64,000 bases of DNA from Lama guanicoe (lineage: Eukaryota), in contig MU054212.1 of assembly GCA_013239625.1 (NCBI GenBank), positions 8,251,412 through 8,315,411 on the forward strand. Reading direction: 5' to 3'. The notes under the pieces are model-generated. The model did not search any database. It saw nothing but the letters and a program-made list of their open reading frames with translations, and was not told where the DNA came from. Of the stretch, positions 62,800-64,000 are shown one piece after another (position 1 is the stretch's first letter; each line of letters begins with the position of its first letter). The position numbers and the translations under genes are program-made.

Positions 62800-63700
62800 G
62801 TGGGAGGGAAGAGCCCATCAGCGCCTCTCTGACTCCTCTGCTAGCAGCCTGGCACACAGGAGGCGCCCCGTCAGAGCCTGCCGAGTCAGCGGACACCAGG
62901 GCGGGTGGAGGAACCCGCAAGCGGACAAACGCATGAAAGGATGTACGGATGGATGGGCGGGCGGACGGTAGCGTCGAGGAGGCGCGGCCACCCGGTACAG
63001 CCGCAGGCTCTGCCCGGGGCCGAGGCAGGCGGAGGCGAAGCGGCGGGGAGGGCCGAGGCCGGACAGGGGTGGTTTGGGAAGCACCCGGGGCCGCGCTGCC
63101 GGACCGCCTCACTCACCCTTCGCTCCGGGGGCTGCGAGGACCCGCCCCAAACAGGGAGCCGAGCGGCCTCGGGCCGCGCGCGCCGGAAGTGGGCGCGGCG
63201 CGCCCCTCTAGGCCGCCGGGAGGACTGCAGCTCTGTGGCGGGCGCGCGGCGCTGGGTTCGGAGGACGGTGTGAGCTGCCCCGCGGGAAAGAGCGCATCTC
63301 CGGGTGGGACTTGGTGGGAACAGCCCGGAGTCCAAAACGGTTGACGGGAGACTGAAAGAGGAAAAAAGAAATAGAGATAGAGCTTAGTGTAGCATCAAGG
63401 AAATAAAAATAGAATCCATTGGCTGCCAACAGTGACAGTTCTAGACGCTACGGAGAGGAGTGTAGGGGAAGGAGCCCAGGCATGGCGAGGGTGCCAGGCG
63501 GAGATCGACCCTACCGCCGACTGCTAGGGCGAGCGTGGGGGGCCAGGGCCGAGCGGGAGAAGGTCAGTAGTGTACCCGCAGAACTCGCTACTCAAGCTTA
63601 GCGGTGCGTAACGGAGCGCAGTGTTTCCCACGTAGGGAGCAGCAGGACCGAGAGCACAGCGTGGGGAGTTCTGGGCACGCTGGTGAATTAGGAATGCATT
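62800..63700. promoter_or_regulatory. ZSCAN30: CpG-island promoter of ZSCAN30, probably bidirectional
   Basis: GC/CpG-rich; ETS CCGGAAGT 63183-63190; minus-strand donor AAGG|gtgagt at 63117/63116; plus-strand candidate donor gtgtga/gtgagc at 63268-63275. Confidence 0.85.
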
Positions 63701-64000
63701 TAGTAACAGTGCAAGCCATTTACATGGGAGACGGCCAGAACTGTACTGTGGGGCAGTATCTGACAGTACTTTGTGAAGTACTCACCCTGATCCTTTAGCC
63801 ACAGTGAGGACTGTATTGGCAAGCCGACTTGCTTAGAAAGAGACCCCATGGCCTATTCTTGATTGCAAAATAGGTGAAAATCCAGTTTCCAGCAATGTGG
63901 GAGCCCATGATTGGGTTAACAAATTGTAACAGACCCCAGCCTCCTGTCTACTTTAAGAAGAACAAATGTGCATAGTAACTGCTTTGCAAGCAGGCGCCTA

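Larger units (their letters stand above)
50301..63180 (-). other. ZSCAN30: ZSCAN30 (ZNF397OS) gene span (4 exons; TSS approximate)
   Basis: Exon 1 ending 63117 (inferred), exon 2 58127-57616, exon 3 57187-57049, exon 4 from 51235; GT-AG introns in phase; 136+46+1+310=493 aa. Confidence 0.9.

Overview
Mammalian (eutherian) genomic DNA, most likely camelid: it carries seven short tRNA-Ala-derived SINEs of the camelid vic-1 type, and I saw no Alu, Bov-A/BovB, PRE-1 or Can-SINE. The right half holds two intact SCAN-C2H2 zinc-finger genes in convergent (tail-to-tail) orientation. ZNF397 is on + (CDS join 39473-39886, 40155-40296, 43546-44594; 534 aa, 9 fingers). ZSCAN30/ZNF397OS is on - (CDS join 58023-57616, 57187-57049, 51235-50301; 493 aa, 7 fingers). 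Each has a CpG-island promoter (~37.6-38.2 kb and ~62.8-63.7 kb), and the second looks bidirectional. The left ~37 kb is repeat-rich intergenic DNA (L1, L2, MIR, MaLR/ERV LTRs, MER DNA transposons) with no credible coding exon. Gene and repeat names come from my recall of the families, not from database searches. I found no new multi-gene system. The most striking local observation is a SINE whose 17-bp target-site duplication copied the ZSCAN30 SCAN-exon splice donor exactly. Others are an inverted SINE pair in ZNF397 intron 1, a perfect 55-bp tandem duplication, and decayed zinc fingers in both genes.
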